Source: Dehalococcoidia bacterium
GTDB lineage: Bacteria > Chloroflexota > Dehalococcoidia > Bin125
Assembly: GCA_965207365.1 (NCBI GenBank)
Contig: OZ242281.1
Location: forward strand, 2,173,331 to 2,237,330
Reading direction: 5' to 3'
DNA length: 64,000 nt
Of the stretch, positions 1-8,702 are shown piece by piece. The stretch's first letter is position 1; each line of letters begins with the position of its first letter. The position numbers were made by a program, and so were the translations under genes. Below the pieces are notes generated by a model. The model was not told the origin of the DNA, did not search any database, and saw only the letters and a program-made list of their open reading frames with translations.

Positions 1-507
1 GACGTGTCGCCACCAGGTCTGGCCCGCGGGCAGGGCCATACGGCCCTCTTCCTCGTCGCGCTTGGCGCTGTGACCGACGCCTTCGATGAGCTGGACGTAG
101 GGCAATCCGTACTGCGCTGCCAGCGGGGTGGCAAACTGCGACGCGCCCTTGGACACGTTGTGCGGGGAGCCGCCGGAGATCGTGAAGTCGTCGCCGCCGA
201 TGACGATGTTGCGGCCGTCGATCTGGCCCATACCCATGACGAACGCGCCGGGCGTGAAGTCGCGCAGGTTTTGGTCTTCGTCGTACTCGTAGCCGCCGAC
301 CAGGGGACCCGCCTCGAAGAACGAGTCTTCGTCGAGGAATTTATCGATCCGCTCGCGGATCGTGTAGCGCCCGCCTCGGTGTTGTCGGGCGACGCCGTAC
401 TCGCCGCCCATCTCTCGGCCGAGCTCTTTGATGTAGTTGATTTCCTCAATCGCGCCTTGCCAGTCCTGGCCCGGCTTCCACGATTCGCGAGTCTGATCTA
501 CGGGCAT
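1..507 (-). CDS. acyl-CoA carboxylase carboxyltransferase (beta) subunit, first 169 codons; remainder lies beyond the left edge
   Basis: Not in the ORF track because it is open at the edge. The reverse strand from ATG (507-505) reads MPVDQTRESWKPGQDW...TIRERIDKFLDEDSFFEAGPLVGG...GQIDGRNIVIGGDDFTISGGS, the typical N-terminal carboxyltransferase-domain pattern. It supersedes + ORF 4..573. Confidence 0.7.
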   Translation of the reverse strand, partial: MPVDQTRESWKPGQDWQGAIEEINYIKELGREMGGEYGVARQHRGGRYTIRERIDKFLDEDSFFEAGPLVGGYEYDEDQNLRDFTPGAFVMGMGQIDGRNIVIGGDDFTISGGSPHNVSKGASQFATPLAAQYGLPYVQLIEGVGHSAKRDEEEGRMALPAGQTWWRHV

Positions 508-607
508 TCGGAGCCTTTCGGTCACTGTTTCGGTCTGTCGGCAGTGTACCGCTGCTCACCTTGGAGGCCGTAACATCAGATAGCGTGGAGGACCGAGGAG
601 CGCGGCA

Positions 608-943
608 ATGGTCACGACCGATCCAAAGGCCAAGGTGGACGAGAGCCCGATCGTGATTTCGGAGATCGAGGTGGATGGGGTCCTCCTCGTGGCGAGGGAA
701 CCGGTGAGCTACGAGGTCACGTTTGTCGCTGATACCTCCGAGCCTTTCTATGAGATTGAGGGTCCACCCGACATCCTGCTGTTCGCAGAAACGCGGGAAC
801 TCTTGCTTGACGTCCTGGAGGATGACTTGCAGTTTCTGTGGCGACGCTTTGCGGTGGGCGACCAGTCCAATCTCGACGGTATGGCGCAACGAGTCGGCGC
901 AGAGATGCGGCGATTGTTCATTAGTGAATCAGATGCCCCGTAA
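608..943 (+). CDS. HicB-like antitoxin candidate (hypothetical, 111 aa)
   Basis: GAGGAG lies 7 nt upstream of the ATG. The ORF overlaps the downstream HicA-like ORF by 11 nt. FYEIEGPPDILLFAETRELLLDVLEDDLQFLW resembles the HicB N-terminal fold segment. No RHH/HTH tail is visible. Confidence 0.4.
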   Translation: MVTTDPKAKVDESPIVISEIEVDGVLLVAREPVSYEVTFVADTSEPFYEIEGPPDILLFAETRELLLDVLEDDLQFLWRRFAVGDQSNLDGMAQRVGAEMRRLFISESDAP

Positions 944-1226
944 GGCGCGACGGATCGAAGCAGCGCTCCTTGCGAAAGGCTTTCAACGGACCGATGCGAA
1001 GCATCGCAAGTTTGCCTACGTCAGCGTTCGTGGAATCGAATCCCGGATTCGCACACTGCTGTCTCATGGTGGAAACCGCGACATTGACGACCGTCTGCTC
1101 GCGACAATGGCGCGGCAATGTGGATTGTCTCGGCGGGAGTTCATGCAGTTGATCGATTGCTCGCTGTCGCAAGAGGAGTACGAGTCACTTCTTGTCGAAC
1201 GAGGAGCCATCGATCCTAGCTACTGA
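933..1226 (+). CDS. hicA: HicA-family toxin-like protein with C-terminal extension (97 aa)
   Basis: Starts at the internal ATG 933 of ORF 723..1226. KARRIEAALLAKGFQRTDAKHRKFAY and TLLSHGGNRDIDDRLLATMARQCGL fit the HicA pattern (K..e...L..GF......H..F ... H....l..g.l..i.kq.GL). An extra tail of about 35 aa follows. Confidence 0.45.
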   Translation: MPRKARRIEAALLAKGFQRTDAKHRKFAYVSVRGIESRIRTLLSHGGNRDIDDRLLATMARQCGLSRREFMQLIDCSLSQEEYESLLVERGAIDPSY

Positions 1227-1295
1227 GCGTCGGCCGTCCCCGTGACAATCACGTGAGACTGTCTCACTTGTTCCTCATCCCCTGCTTCTGCTCCT

Positions 1296-1443
1296 CTTCC
1301 CCCGCTTCACGCGGGGGTCTGCTCGGCGTTCGCGTCCAGACCACCGTCATTCCCGCGCAGGAGCGCGGGAATCTCGCCGACTTGGGCGTCAACTGTCGCG
1401 CGGAGAGGATCGAGATACCCGCGTCAAGCGCGGGTATGACGGA
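1296..1443. repeat. REP-like GC-rich palindromic unit cluster
   Basis: Three hairpins: cccccgc-ttca-cgcggggg (1299-1317), gtcattcccgcgc-agga-gcgcgggaatctcgc (1346-1377), gagatacccgcg-tcaa-gcgcgggtatgac (1412-1440). The first ~90 nt recur nearly verbatim at 5271-5355. Confidence 0.8.
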
Positions 1444-1486
1444 AAAAGGGCGCGAGAGGTCCGGCGTTCCGGCTTTTGAGACAACC

Positions 1487-2428
1487 TCACGTCTGCTCCG
1501 AAACGACGGGAATCACGTCGCTGCTGAAGGCCCGCAATGCGTCCCAGTCCCAGGGTGGGCGCAATGTGATGTTGACGCGATCGACGCCGGCCTCGGCGTA
1601 GGGTGCGAGGATGTCGATTGCCTCGGATGGCGTGCCGAGAATTGCGCCGCGCTGGCGGAACGTGTCTCCTGCCGGTCCGAACACTTCCTCAAAGTGTGCT
1701 TGCGCCTTTGGTCGGTCGGCCTCGGTGGCGGCGAGGTGGAACGAGAGATTGACGTCTCGTTGGATCTCGGCAGGGTCGCGACCGACACGGTCGCACCATT
1801 CGTCCAGCACTCCCGAAAGCCGGAGCCAATCATCGACGTTGAGATACGGGGCATTCCAGCCATGGGCGTATTGGGCGACGAGTTTCAAGGTGCGCCGCTC
1901 GCCGACGCCGCCGATCCAGATCGGGACTCGCTGCTGAAGCGGCTTCGGCTCGCAGAGCGCGTCGGTGAGCTGGAAGTACTGGCCCTCGAAGTTGGCCCGG
2001 GATTCTTCCCACAAAGCCTGCAGCACTTGAATGCCCTCTTCCAGGCGGTCCAACCTACGACCGATGCGCTCGAACGGAATTCCGTAAGCGTTGTACTCCT
2101 GCACGTTCCAGCCTGCCCCGAGTCCAGCGTCCAAGCGGCCACCTGAGAGATGATCGATCGTCGCCAGCGCGTTGGCCAGCACGGCGGGATGCCGGTAGTC
2201 CATGGCAAGCACGCAGGTGCCGACGCGCACGTGATCGGTGTCGGCGGCGAGCGCGGCCAGGCAGGCCAGACACTCGAGGTACGGCCCTTGCTTTTCGGTC
2301 ATGGGCGATTCGTAGAAGTGGTCGGAGACATCGACCCAGGTGAATCCGGCCGTGTCGGCCCAGCGCCAGAGTTCGCGGCACTCGTTGATTGTCGTGTTTT
2401 GCTGGACCAGGTGGACACCGAATTCCAT
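1487..2428 (-). CDS. LLM-class (luciferase-like) F420/flavin-dependent oxidoreductase
   Basis: MEFGVHLVQQ...TAGFTWVDVSDHF...GGRLDAGLGAGW..EY.AYGIPF is the classical LLM pattern. ATG at 2428 is preceded by GGAGAA; the track ORF starts 8 codons earlier. Confidence 0.8.
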   Translation of the reverse strand: MEFGVHLVQQNTTINECRELWRWADTAGFTWVDVSDHFYESPMTEKQGPYLECLACLAALAADTDHVRVGTCVLAMDYRHPAVLANALATIDHLSGGRLDAGLGAGWNVQEYNAYGIPFERIGRRLDRLEEGIQVLQALWEESRANFEGQYFQLTDALCEPKPLQQRVPIWIGGVGERRTLKLVAQYAHGWNAPYLNVDDWLRLSGVLDEWCDRVGRDPAEIQRDVNLSFHLAATEADRPKAQAHFEEVFGPAGDTFRQRGAILGTPSEAIDILAPYAEAGVDRVNITLRPPWDWDALRAFSSDVIPVVSEQT

Positions 2429-2508
2429 GCGGCTTCTCCAAGATCGTCCCACTGCTGGTTTCCTCTATGGTTGCAGCCAATCGAGTAGCTGCCTATCGGA
2501 GCGATGAC

Positions 2509-3048
2509 ATGACCTCTTCAAGAGACTCGGTGCTGGTGGAGGCGGAGTTCGATCGACAAGTCATGCCGTACGGTCGGCTCGCAGTCACGCTGCTCCTACT
2601 GATCACCGTGGCTGGTATTCCGCTGATTCCATTCTGGCTGTTCTGGAGCGTGTCCTATCTGCCCAGGGCATATGCCCGCTTCAGCGCGCGTCTAACGCCA
2701 ACCTCGTTGGAAGTGACGCGAGGCGTCTACTTCCGCTCCGACAGTACAATCCCGCTGGATCGGATCACCGACGTCCGCCTGCACGACGATCCGTTGATGC
2801 GCATGTACAGGTTGCAAGGACTCAAGGTCGAGACCGCCGGCGCCGCGGGCGGCAGCGCATCGGCGGAGGGCAACTTGATCGGTGTGGTCGATGCTCCGGC
2901 CTTCCGCGATGCCGTCCTGCGTCAGCGGGAGGTCTTGCAAGATGGTGGGTCGACGAGGTCCGTGACAACGTCATCTCCACCAAGCGAAGACAGTGAGCTA
3001 CTCGTTGAGATTCGAGACCTGCTCAGGAGTATTGATTCGAAGACCTAA
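2509..3048 (+). CDS. membrane-anchored bacterial PH-domain (bPH_2/YdbS-YdbT-like) protein
   Basis: Two TM segments (LAVTLLLLITVAGIPLIPFWLFW) are followed by LEVTRGVYFRSDSTIPLDRITDVRLHDDPLMRMYRLQGLKVETAG, the bPH_2 signature. Start taken at internal ATG 2509. Confidence 0.65.
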   Translation: MTSSRDSVLVEAEFDRQVMPYGRLAVTLLLLITVAGIPLIPFWLFWSVSYLPRAYARFSARLTPTSLEVTRGVYFRSDSTIPLDRITDVRLHDDPLMRMYRLQGLKVETAGAAGGSASAEGNLIGVVDAPAFRDAVLRQREVLQDGGSTRSVTTSSPPSEDSELLVEIRDLLRSIDSKT

Positions 3049-3063
3049 CCGATCAGCAAAGAC

Positions 3064-3080
3064 CTCCCCCAACGGGGGAG
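3064..3080. terminator. bidirectional hairpin between convergent genes
   Basis: ctccccc-aac-gggggag forms a 7-bp GC stem between the stops at 3048 (+) and 3096 (-). Confidence 0.45.
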
Positions 3081-3095
3081 CTCTTCGTGTTCCTG

Positions 3096-4670
3096 CTACT
3101 TGGTTAGGCCGAGCTTCTCGGCAAGTCCGATTCGTTGGATTTTGCCGGTGGCTCCCTTTGGGATTTCCTCGAGGATGACGACACGCCTTGGCGTCTTGAA
3201 GTCGGCGACTCGCTCTCCGACGAACTTGCGGATGGCTCGCTCGTCTGACTCCTCGCCTTCCCTGAGCACGACGGCGGCGGCGACTTCCTCGCCTAATCGA
3301 TCGTGAGGCATGGCGAAGGTGACGGCCTGGGCGACGGCTGGATGGAGCAGTAGGGCCTCGTCGACTTCGCGTGGCGAGATCTTCTCGCCGCCTCGATTGA
3401 TGATTTCTTTGAGCCGTCCGGTGATCGTGAGGTAGCCGTCGTTGTCGAGCACCCCCTGGTCTCCGGTCCGGAACCAGCCTCTGGTGTACGCAGTCGCGTT
3501 GGCTTCCGGGTTGTTGCGATAGCCGTCGGTGACGTTGTCGCCACGGATCACCACTTCGCCACGCTGACCCATCGCGAGCAGCGCTCCGTCTTCGTCCATG
3601 ATGGCGACTTCGGGGCCTGCTGGTAGCCCGACGCTGCCTGGCTTGCGCTCCTGGGGCGGCATCGGATTGGAGGTCATCTGGTGCGCGGCCTCGGTCATGC
3701 CGTAGGACTCGATCACCGGCGCGCCGAATGTCTCCTCGAGCTCGGCCATCACGGTCGGCGGCAGCGAGGACGAGGACGAGCGGATCATCCGGAGGTTGGT
3801 CTCGGCGAGCACATCGGCGTTGCGTCCGGCGCGAGTCAGGATGAGCTGATGCATCGTCGGGACAGCTGTGTACCAGGACGGCTTGGCCTCGCGCAGCCAG
3901 CCAAAGACCTGCATGGCGTTGAAGCCGGGCGAGCACCAGGTGCAACCGCCAGCGCCGACGCTGGCCAGGATGCCCGCCATCACGCCGTGAATGTGAAACA
4001 GCGGCATGATGTTCAGGCAGCGGTCCTCGGAGCTGAGATCGAGCGTCTCGCGGATGTTGTGCGCAGTCGCGGTCAGGTTGCGTTGCCTGAGCGGGACGAT
4101 CTTGGGTCGCGAGGTCGTGCCTGACGTGTGCAGCACGAGTCCGACATCGTCAGGACCAGCTTCGCCGGGACGCGCTGGCGTTCCGCTGATTGATGCCGCG
4201 AGATTGAATGCGCCGGCCGGTCCATCGGACTCCGGCTGCAGTTCGACCAATGGAACATTGAGGCGCTGGGCGACTCCGCGCACCGGTGAATCGACGCCTT
4301 CCTGGACGACCACGGCTTGCGCTTCGAGGTCCTGGAGGTAGAACTCGAACTCGTCGGCGCGGTATCCGGGGTTGAGCGGAGCTGCGGTCGCAGCGTTCGC
4401 AACTCCAAGAAATGCGGCGGCCATTTCTGCGCCGTTGGGCAGAACGATGGCGACGCCGTCCTCGCGTCCAAGCCCGAAGCTGTTGAGCTGTTCGCCGGTC
4501 TTGGCGATCTGTGCTCGGAGGCCGTTGAAGGTGAGTTCGAGGCGTCCCGGCGCACCGAGCGCGGGGGCGCTGCCATCGAGCGGGGCAAGCAGCTCGGAGA
4601 GTGTCCTGGCGTTGGAGTTGGGCTGAGTCACGGTGTCTCCCGAAGAATGGATGGGGTAGGACGGGCGCAT
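3096..4670 (-). CDS. AMP-dependent acyl-CoA synthetase/ligase (AAE3/oxalate-CoA-ligase-like)
   Basis: Carries the AMP-binding motif LHTSGTTSRPK, plus GYRNNPEAN..GWFRTGD and PKGATGKIQR at the C-terminus. An alternative start is GTG 4631, preceded by GGAG. Confidence 0.85.
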   Translation of the reverse strand: MRPSYPIHSSGDTVTQPNSNARTLSELLAPLDGSAPALGAPGRLELTFNGLRAQIAKTGEQLNSFGLGREDGVAIVLPNGAEMAAAFLGVANAATAAPLNPGYRADEFEFYLQDLEAQAVVVQEGVDSPVRGVAQRLNVPLVELQPESDGPAGAFNLAASISGTPARPGEAGPDDVGLVLHTSGTTSRPKIVPLRQRNLTATAHNIRETLDLSSEDRCLNIMPLFHIHGVMAGILASVGAGGCTWCSPGFNAMQVFGWLREAKPSWYTAVPTMHQLILTRAGRNADVLAETNLRMIRSSSSSLPPTVMAELEETFGAPVIESYGMTEAAHQMTSNPMPPQERKPGSVGLPAGPEVAIMDEDGALLAMGQRGEVVIRGDNVTDGYRNNPEANATAYTRGWFRTGDQGVLDNDGYLTITGRLKEIINRGGEKISPREVDEALLLHPAVAQAVTFAMPHDRLGEEVAAAVVLREGEESDERAIRKFVGERVADFKTPRRVVILEEIPKGATGKIQRIGLAEKLGLTK

Positions 4671-4743
4671 CGACTGGAGGTCATGTAGCGCAGCTTATTG
4701 GTGAAGGGCAACGGGGATGCAGAAGGACGCCCGCTGCCTGCGG

Positions 4744-4776
4744 CATCTCCCCCTGCGAGGGGGAGAGCGGAGTGAC
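4744..4776. repeat. solo arm fragment of the MITE-like family
   Basis: catctccccctgcgagggggagagcggagtgac matches the terminal arm (catctccccccgcaagggggggagagg) and core (actccgtgac, here as its reverse complement) of the elements at 14627, 29738 and 49343. Confidence 0.5.
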
Positions 4777-4794
4777 GCTGCGTATACTGATTTT

Positions 4795-4891
<97 letters not shown>

Positions 4892-4959
4892 CGACCTCGG
4901 CCAACCCGCATCACGTGGTGCGGGCCATGCCGCATGACGCGGCGTCGGCGGGGCAGCAC

Positions 4960-5049
4960 GGAGAGGTGCTGGAGTGGACGATCAGGCACGCCTGGAAAGC
5001 GTGTAGGGCTGCAAGGCCCTCGTGGGTTCGAATCCCACCCTCTCCGCCA
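4960..5049 (+). tRNA. tRNA-Ser (anticodon GGA)
   Basis: Acceptor GGAGAGG/CCTCTCC; anticodon stem CACGC/GCGTG with loop CTGGAAA; long variable arm; T-arm identical to the first tRNA-Ser; encoded CCA. Confidence 0.9.
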
Positions 5050-5084
5050 GCCTTTGCTCGTTTCAATAGCCAGTTCGAATACTC

Positions 5085-5416
5085 CGTCATACCCGCGCTT
5101 GTCGCGGCTATCTCGCAGCTCACTCCACCACTATTGAGTCGGGACTGTCAGGGCCCACGCGCCCGGTCTCTTCCTTTCTGGCAAACGTACAGTTGGCTTC
5201 GAGATTCCCGCGGCAAGCGCGGGAATGACGAATCTGGAGGCCCTTACGTGAGGCTGTCTCAAAAGTCTCTATCCCCCGCTTCACGCGGGGGTCTGCTCGG
5301 CGTACGCGTCCAGATACCCGTCATACCCGCGCTTGCCGCGGGTATCTCGCCGAGCCCAGCGGGAAGGTCGGTGCACGACGCAGCGAGATTGCCGCGACGG
5401 AGTCCGGCAATGACGG
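5085..5416. repeat. REP-like palindromic unit cluster (5 units, both orientations)
   Basis: Units at 5085-5118, 5201-5230, 5271-5292, 5319-5355 and 5386-5416. Consensus is GTCAT(A/T)CCCGCG-loop-CGCGGG(A/T)ATCTCGC or its reverse complement. Confidence 0.8.
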
Positions 5417-5427
5417 ACTACAGGGAC

Positions 5428-6330
5428 TCAGGTCAATCTGAGGAACTGACTGATCAGCGGCACGATGATTTCGGGCGCGTCTTCCTGGCAGAAGTGTCCG
5501 GCGTTGGGCAGGATGGTGACTGGCGCGTCCGGATAGAGTGCGCGGAACCCGTCGATGGCTCTCTCGGGGTCGATCGCGTGGTCCTGCATGCCTTCGACCA
5601 TCATTGCCGGCATCGAGGCCAGCTCCTGTACGTTGTTGATCTCTTCCATGACGAAATCGCGTGTGCGGCCCAGGTAGGCGTCGAGTGGGAACTCAATCCC
5701 GGCGATGCAGGACTCTTTGTCGGGGAAGGGCGCCGAGTATGCGCGGATCCAGGCGTCGTCGACTGCCGCCGAGTTCTCGAAGCCGATGATTTTCATCACG
5801 CTGAGCACATTGCTGCCCAGATGACCGAGCGTCTCTTGCAGTGTGCCTGCCTCGTGGTGCTTACCGATCCACTGGAACCACGGGGATACCGGCGCTCCCG
5901 GCGGCTCGCGTCGTGAGCCGGGAATGATCGTGTTGAGGACGCACATGCGCTTGACCCGATCAAGGTTTCTGACCGCAAACTGCGAGCCCATCGGCCCGCC
6001 CCAGTCCTGCATCACGAGTGTGATGTCGTGGAGGTCAAGCTCTTCGATCAAGGCGGTCAGGTTGCCGACGTGCGTCCTGAGCGTGTACTCGCGATCCTGC
6101 GGTGTTTCGCTCTTGCCGAAGCCCATGTGATCGGGCACCACTACTCGGTTCTTCTCGGAGAGTCCAGGGATGAAGTTGCGATATAGGTAACCCCACGTCG
6201 GCTCGCCGTGCAGCAAGACGACCGGCTCACCCTCGCCCTCATCGACGTAGTGCATCCGGAATCCCGGGGCATCGGTGAAGTGTGGCTCGAACGGGAAGGT
6301 ACCGTCAAAGGTCTCGTTGGCTGGGATCAT
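5428..6330 (-). CDS. haloalkane dehalogenase-family alpha/beta hydrolase
   Basis: FRMHYVDEGEGEPVVLLHGEPTWGYLYRNFIP, the nucleophile elbow VMQDWGGPMG, and C-terminal GHFCQEDAPE. ATG 6330 is preceded by GAGAGG; the track ORF starts at GTG 6357. Confidence 0.8.
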   Translation of the reverse strand: MIPANETFDGTFPFEPHFTDAPGFRMHYVDEGEGEPVVLLHGEPTWGYLYRNFIPGLSEKNRVVVPDHMGFGKSETPQDREYTLRTHVGNLTALIEELDLHDITLVMQDWGGPMGSQFAVRNLDRVKRMCVLNTIIPGSRREPPGAPVSPWFQWIGKHHEAGTLQETLGHLGSNVLSVMKIIGFENSAAVDDAWIRAYSAPFPDKESCIAGIEFPLDAYLGRTRDFVMEEINNVQELASMPAMMVEGMQDHAIDPERAIDGFRALYPDAPVTILPNAGHFCQEDAPEIIVPLISQFLRLT

Positions 6331-6360
6331 GATTGGCCCTCTCAGTTTTCGTGGCACAGG

Positions 6361-7158
6361 TCAGTCATCAAGTCGCTGGCTGTAGCGAGCTATCAAGTCG
6401 TCAGGTAGGTCGTCATGAGGAACCAGGCGGTAGTGCCTCTCGGCAGCGATACCGATGGCGACTCCATCGGTCAAGCGTTCGAACTCGAATAGTGCGATGC
6501 CGTCGTCATCGATGAATTGGGCGCCAAGCGGTCGAGGCGTTAGGTGAGGAAATCGTTGAGCGCACAGCTCGAACATGTTGTCTACCTGGACATAGCCGAT
6601 CACGTCTTTGGCAGACTTCACCTCCACTGGAATCACGTAGTGAGCTCCCTTCCGGTCAAGCCCAACATAAAGCTCATCCACTTCAATCTGACCGGGACCC
6701 TTCAGGCTGGTGCGCAAGTGGCTCTGAACCGAAAAGCAACTGAGCCTCGTAAAGACATCAATCAGGCGATTGTAACGAACGATCGCCAATAGAGCTTGCT
6801 CGTCTGACTGCTTGTACAAGTGAATCAGCGCTGGGGTGCTGTCCGGAATCGATGTCTCTGCAAGCTGGTGGTTCACTGCGAAAGAGGCATGAGGGATAAG
6901 GTCAAAGCGGTAGCGCCCTGTCGCTGTCGTGCGGATCACCCACTCCTTGTTGTCTGGTGCTTTGCTCCGAATCGATTCTGGCAGAAGCTTTCTTGAGCGA
7001 AAGGTGTAAAGAACGTCCCCCACATTGCTTACTTGGGTTAACTTTAAGCTCTCGGCCGCTTCGTTGATTTCCTTCCTGGAAAACTCGAAGCCGGTGGTTT
7101 CGCTGTCGAAGTGCTTGTCGAATATGTAGTTGATTATCCTCTCGTACTTAGTTGGCAT
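6361..7158 (-). CDS. type II restriction endonuclease candidate (PD-(D/E)XK)
   Basis: Lies immediately downstream of the MTase. YVGLDRKGAHYVIPVEVKSAKD fits D...(E)VK of the PD-(D/E)XK fold. Visibly lower GC: 28/60 at 7021-7080. An alternative start at 7176 overlaps the MTase stop. Confidence 0.55.
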   Translation of the reverse strand: MPTKYERIINYIFDKHFDSETTGFEFSRKEINEAAESLKLTQVSNVGDVLYTFRSRKLLPESIRSKAPDNKEWVIRTTATGRYRFDLIPHASFAVNHQLAETSIPDSTPALIHLYKQSDEQALLAIVRYNRLIDVFTRLSCFSVQSHLRTSLKGPGQIEVDELYVGLDRKGAHYVIPVEVKSAKDVIGYVQVDNMFELCAQRFPHLTPRPLGAQFIDDDGIALFEFERLTDGVAIGIAAERHYRLVPHDDLPDDLIARYSQRLDD

Positions 7159-7160
7159 GA

Positions 7161-8495
7161 TCACTCTCCCGGCCAACGCAACACCAGGACTTCTTCATTG
7201 ATTTGTTCTCGAGTGGCCGTCGCGGCTCTGGTCCTGAACAGAGCGCGGTCAAGTACCTCATAGCCCAGTCGCTCCGCGATCTGCCCGAGCAATTCGCCAG
7301 TCCGGATCATGATTCGGAAATACGAAGCTTGGTCGCCAACGACATAAGCGAGCTGCGCGCCCGGCTTTAGGACAGGCTTCAGTGTATCCAAATGCCTCGC
7401 CATACCGCCAAAATAGAGTCGAGTGACTCGGTGATACATTTTCTCGAACCCAGAGGTCTTGCCGAGTTCGATTCGTCGTGCCTCAATGCGGTCTGCAAGG
7501 TCCGTCACTTCAGTGAAGTTTGCTAACCACTGGTCGTCGTCATCGGCTTTGTAGACGCTTCGTGTGTTGGAGCGCACGAGCTCCCGTTTGGTAGCCCGAA
7601 GGGATTCTCGATCCTCAAGGAACCCCAGCAAGACTGATTCGAGTCGAACGGTTCTTGTGTAGTCCTTCTCGTTTGGATAGGGCGGCGAAGTGATTACCGC
7701 GTCAACGCTGGACGGAGTGAGCAAACTGCCAAGGGAACGGGCGTCGCCTTGAATCAATCTGGCCACGGGGCGATTGCGGCGATTCCATTGCTTGAGGTCG
7801 GATGCCATTCGCTCTACTTGTTTCTGCCATAGTTCCACTACGGGAGCGTCGTCCCTGATGCGTCCTAGTCCAATCTCGGGGCCAAAGCGGAGATTGCCGA
7901 TTTCAGTCGGTAGCTGTCGAGCAAGGGCGAGTAGTAAATGATCCTGGCGAGTGCCTCCGACGGCTCGAATCGTGTCGCGGAGGATCAGCGTCTGATGGAG
8001 CGGACTTGGACTAATCGAGTTCTTGAGAATCAGCTTGGCTTGAGTATCTGTCAGGGTCCGCGTGGGCTCGTCCAATGATCGTTCGATCTCTGCCTCGGCC
8101 GCAGAGGCCATCAATTCGGCATCCATCAGAAGATCGTCGGGCCGAACGTCCCAACTCAGTTTTGTCCTCGCGGCGAATGCGGACATTGGCACGGCTTCGA
8201 TGCCCACGGACTCGATGCTGAGCTTCTTGGCTTCCACCAACGTCGTACCGGTGCCGGAGAAAGGATCGAGAATGACAGCGCCTTGTTCAACACCGAATCG
8301 CTCCACGTACTCCCTAACGAGATGAGGCGGAAATGAAAGCACGAACCGATACCAGTCATGGATTGGTCGGTCTTCCGAGAAGATCTGGTTGCGCGACGGC
8401 CGTGTGTCGGCCAAGCCTGGGGGCAAGTCAGCAAACTGGGTCTGTTCCTCGACTTGAGTTTGGGAGACTTCAGAATCTATTCCTGGCGTGCTCAT
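7161..8495 (-). CDS. DNA methyltransferase (N4-cytosine or N6-adenine; SPPY motif)
   Basis: AdoMet motif I ILDPFSGTGTTLVEA lies ~190 aa before catalytic motif IV VITSPPYPNEKDY. Its ATG overlaps the upstream stop (ATGA). Confidence 0.75.
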   Translation of the reverse strand: MSTPGIDSEVSQTQVEEQTQFADLPPGLADTRPSRNQIFSEDRPIHDWYRFVLSFPPHLVREYVERFGVEQGAVILDPFSGTGTTLVEAKKLSIESVGIEAVPMSAFAARTKLSWDVRPDDLLMDAELMASAAEAEIERSLDEPTRTLTDTQAKLILKNSISPSPLHQTLILRDTIRAVGGTRQDHLLLALARQLPTEIGNLRFGPEIGLGRIRDDAPVVELWQKQVERMASDLKQWNRRNRPVARLIQGDARSLGSLLTPSSVDAVITSPPYPNEKDYTRTVRLESVLLGFLEDRESLRATKRELVRSNTRSVYKADDDDQWLANFTEVTDLADRIEARRIELGKTSGFEKMYHRVTRLYFGGMARHLDTLKPVLKPGAQLAYVVGDQASYFRIMIRTGELLGQIAERLGYEVLDRALFRTRAATATREQINEEVLVLRWPGE

Positions 8496-8701
8496 GAGCT
8501 TTCGTCGCTAGGTTGCTCGCCCCGACGGGTTCGTTTGAACTTTTCTCTTTGTTCGGCTTCGGTTTTGGCGGCGGCGATGTCTCCGGCGATTTTGGCTTGC
8601 TTCCACTGCGGGTTTTCTTTGTCCGAGCTGACGACTCGGCCGACCAGCGTTCCGATCACTCCCAGGACCAGGCCCCAGCGCAGGCCTCTCCAGAATCCCA
8701 T
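8492..8701 (-). CDS. small YtxH-like membrane protein
   Basis: N-terminal TM (WGLVLGVIGTLVG) followed by a charged helical tail. Lies 1 nt downstream of the DUF948-like gene. Confidence 0.5.
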   Translation of the reverse strand: MGFWRGLRWGLVLGVIGTLVGRVVSSDKENPQWKQAKIAGDIAAAKTEAEQREKFKRTRRGEQPSDESS

Positions 8702-8702
8702 G

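Noticed and set aside
4-573. 189-aa + ORF at the left edge
   Set aside because: The reverse strand encodes a convincing carboxyltransferase N-terminus starting at 507. The + ORF has no recognisable features.
1253-2146. 297-aa + ORF
   Set aside because: Its 5' part translates REP hairpins and the rest is antisense to the well-supported LLM oxidoreductase gene.
2998-3945. 315-aa Arg-rich minus-strand ORF
   Set aside because: It is an alternative frame of the acyl-CoA synthetase gene, with an extreme Arg/Pro/Ser composition and no start context.
5085-5416. Possible CRISPR array (repeated ~30-nt GC-rich units)
   Set aside because: The units are self-complementary hairpins. They occur in both orientations with irregular spacing (about 50-115 nt) and are dispersed elsewhere in the window. 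No cas genes are present. REP-like repeats explain them better.
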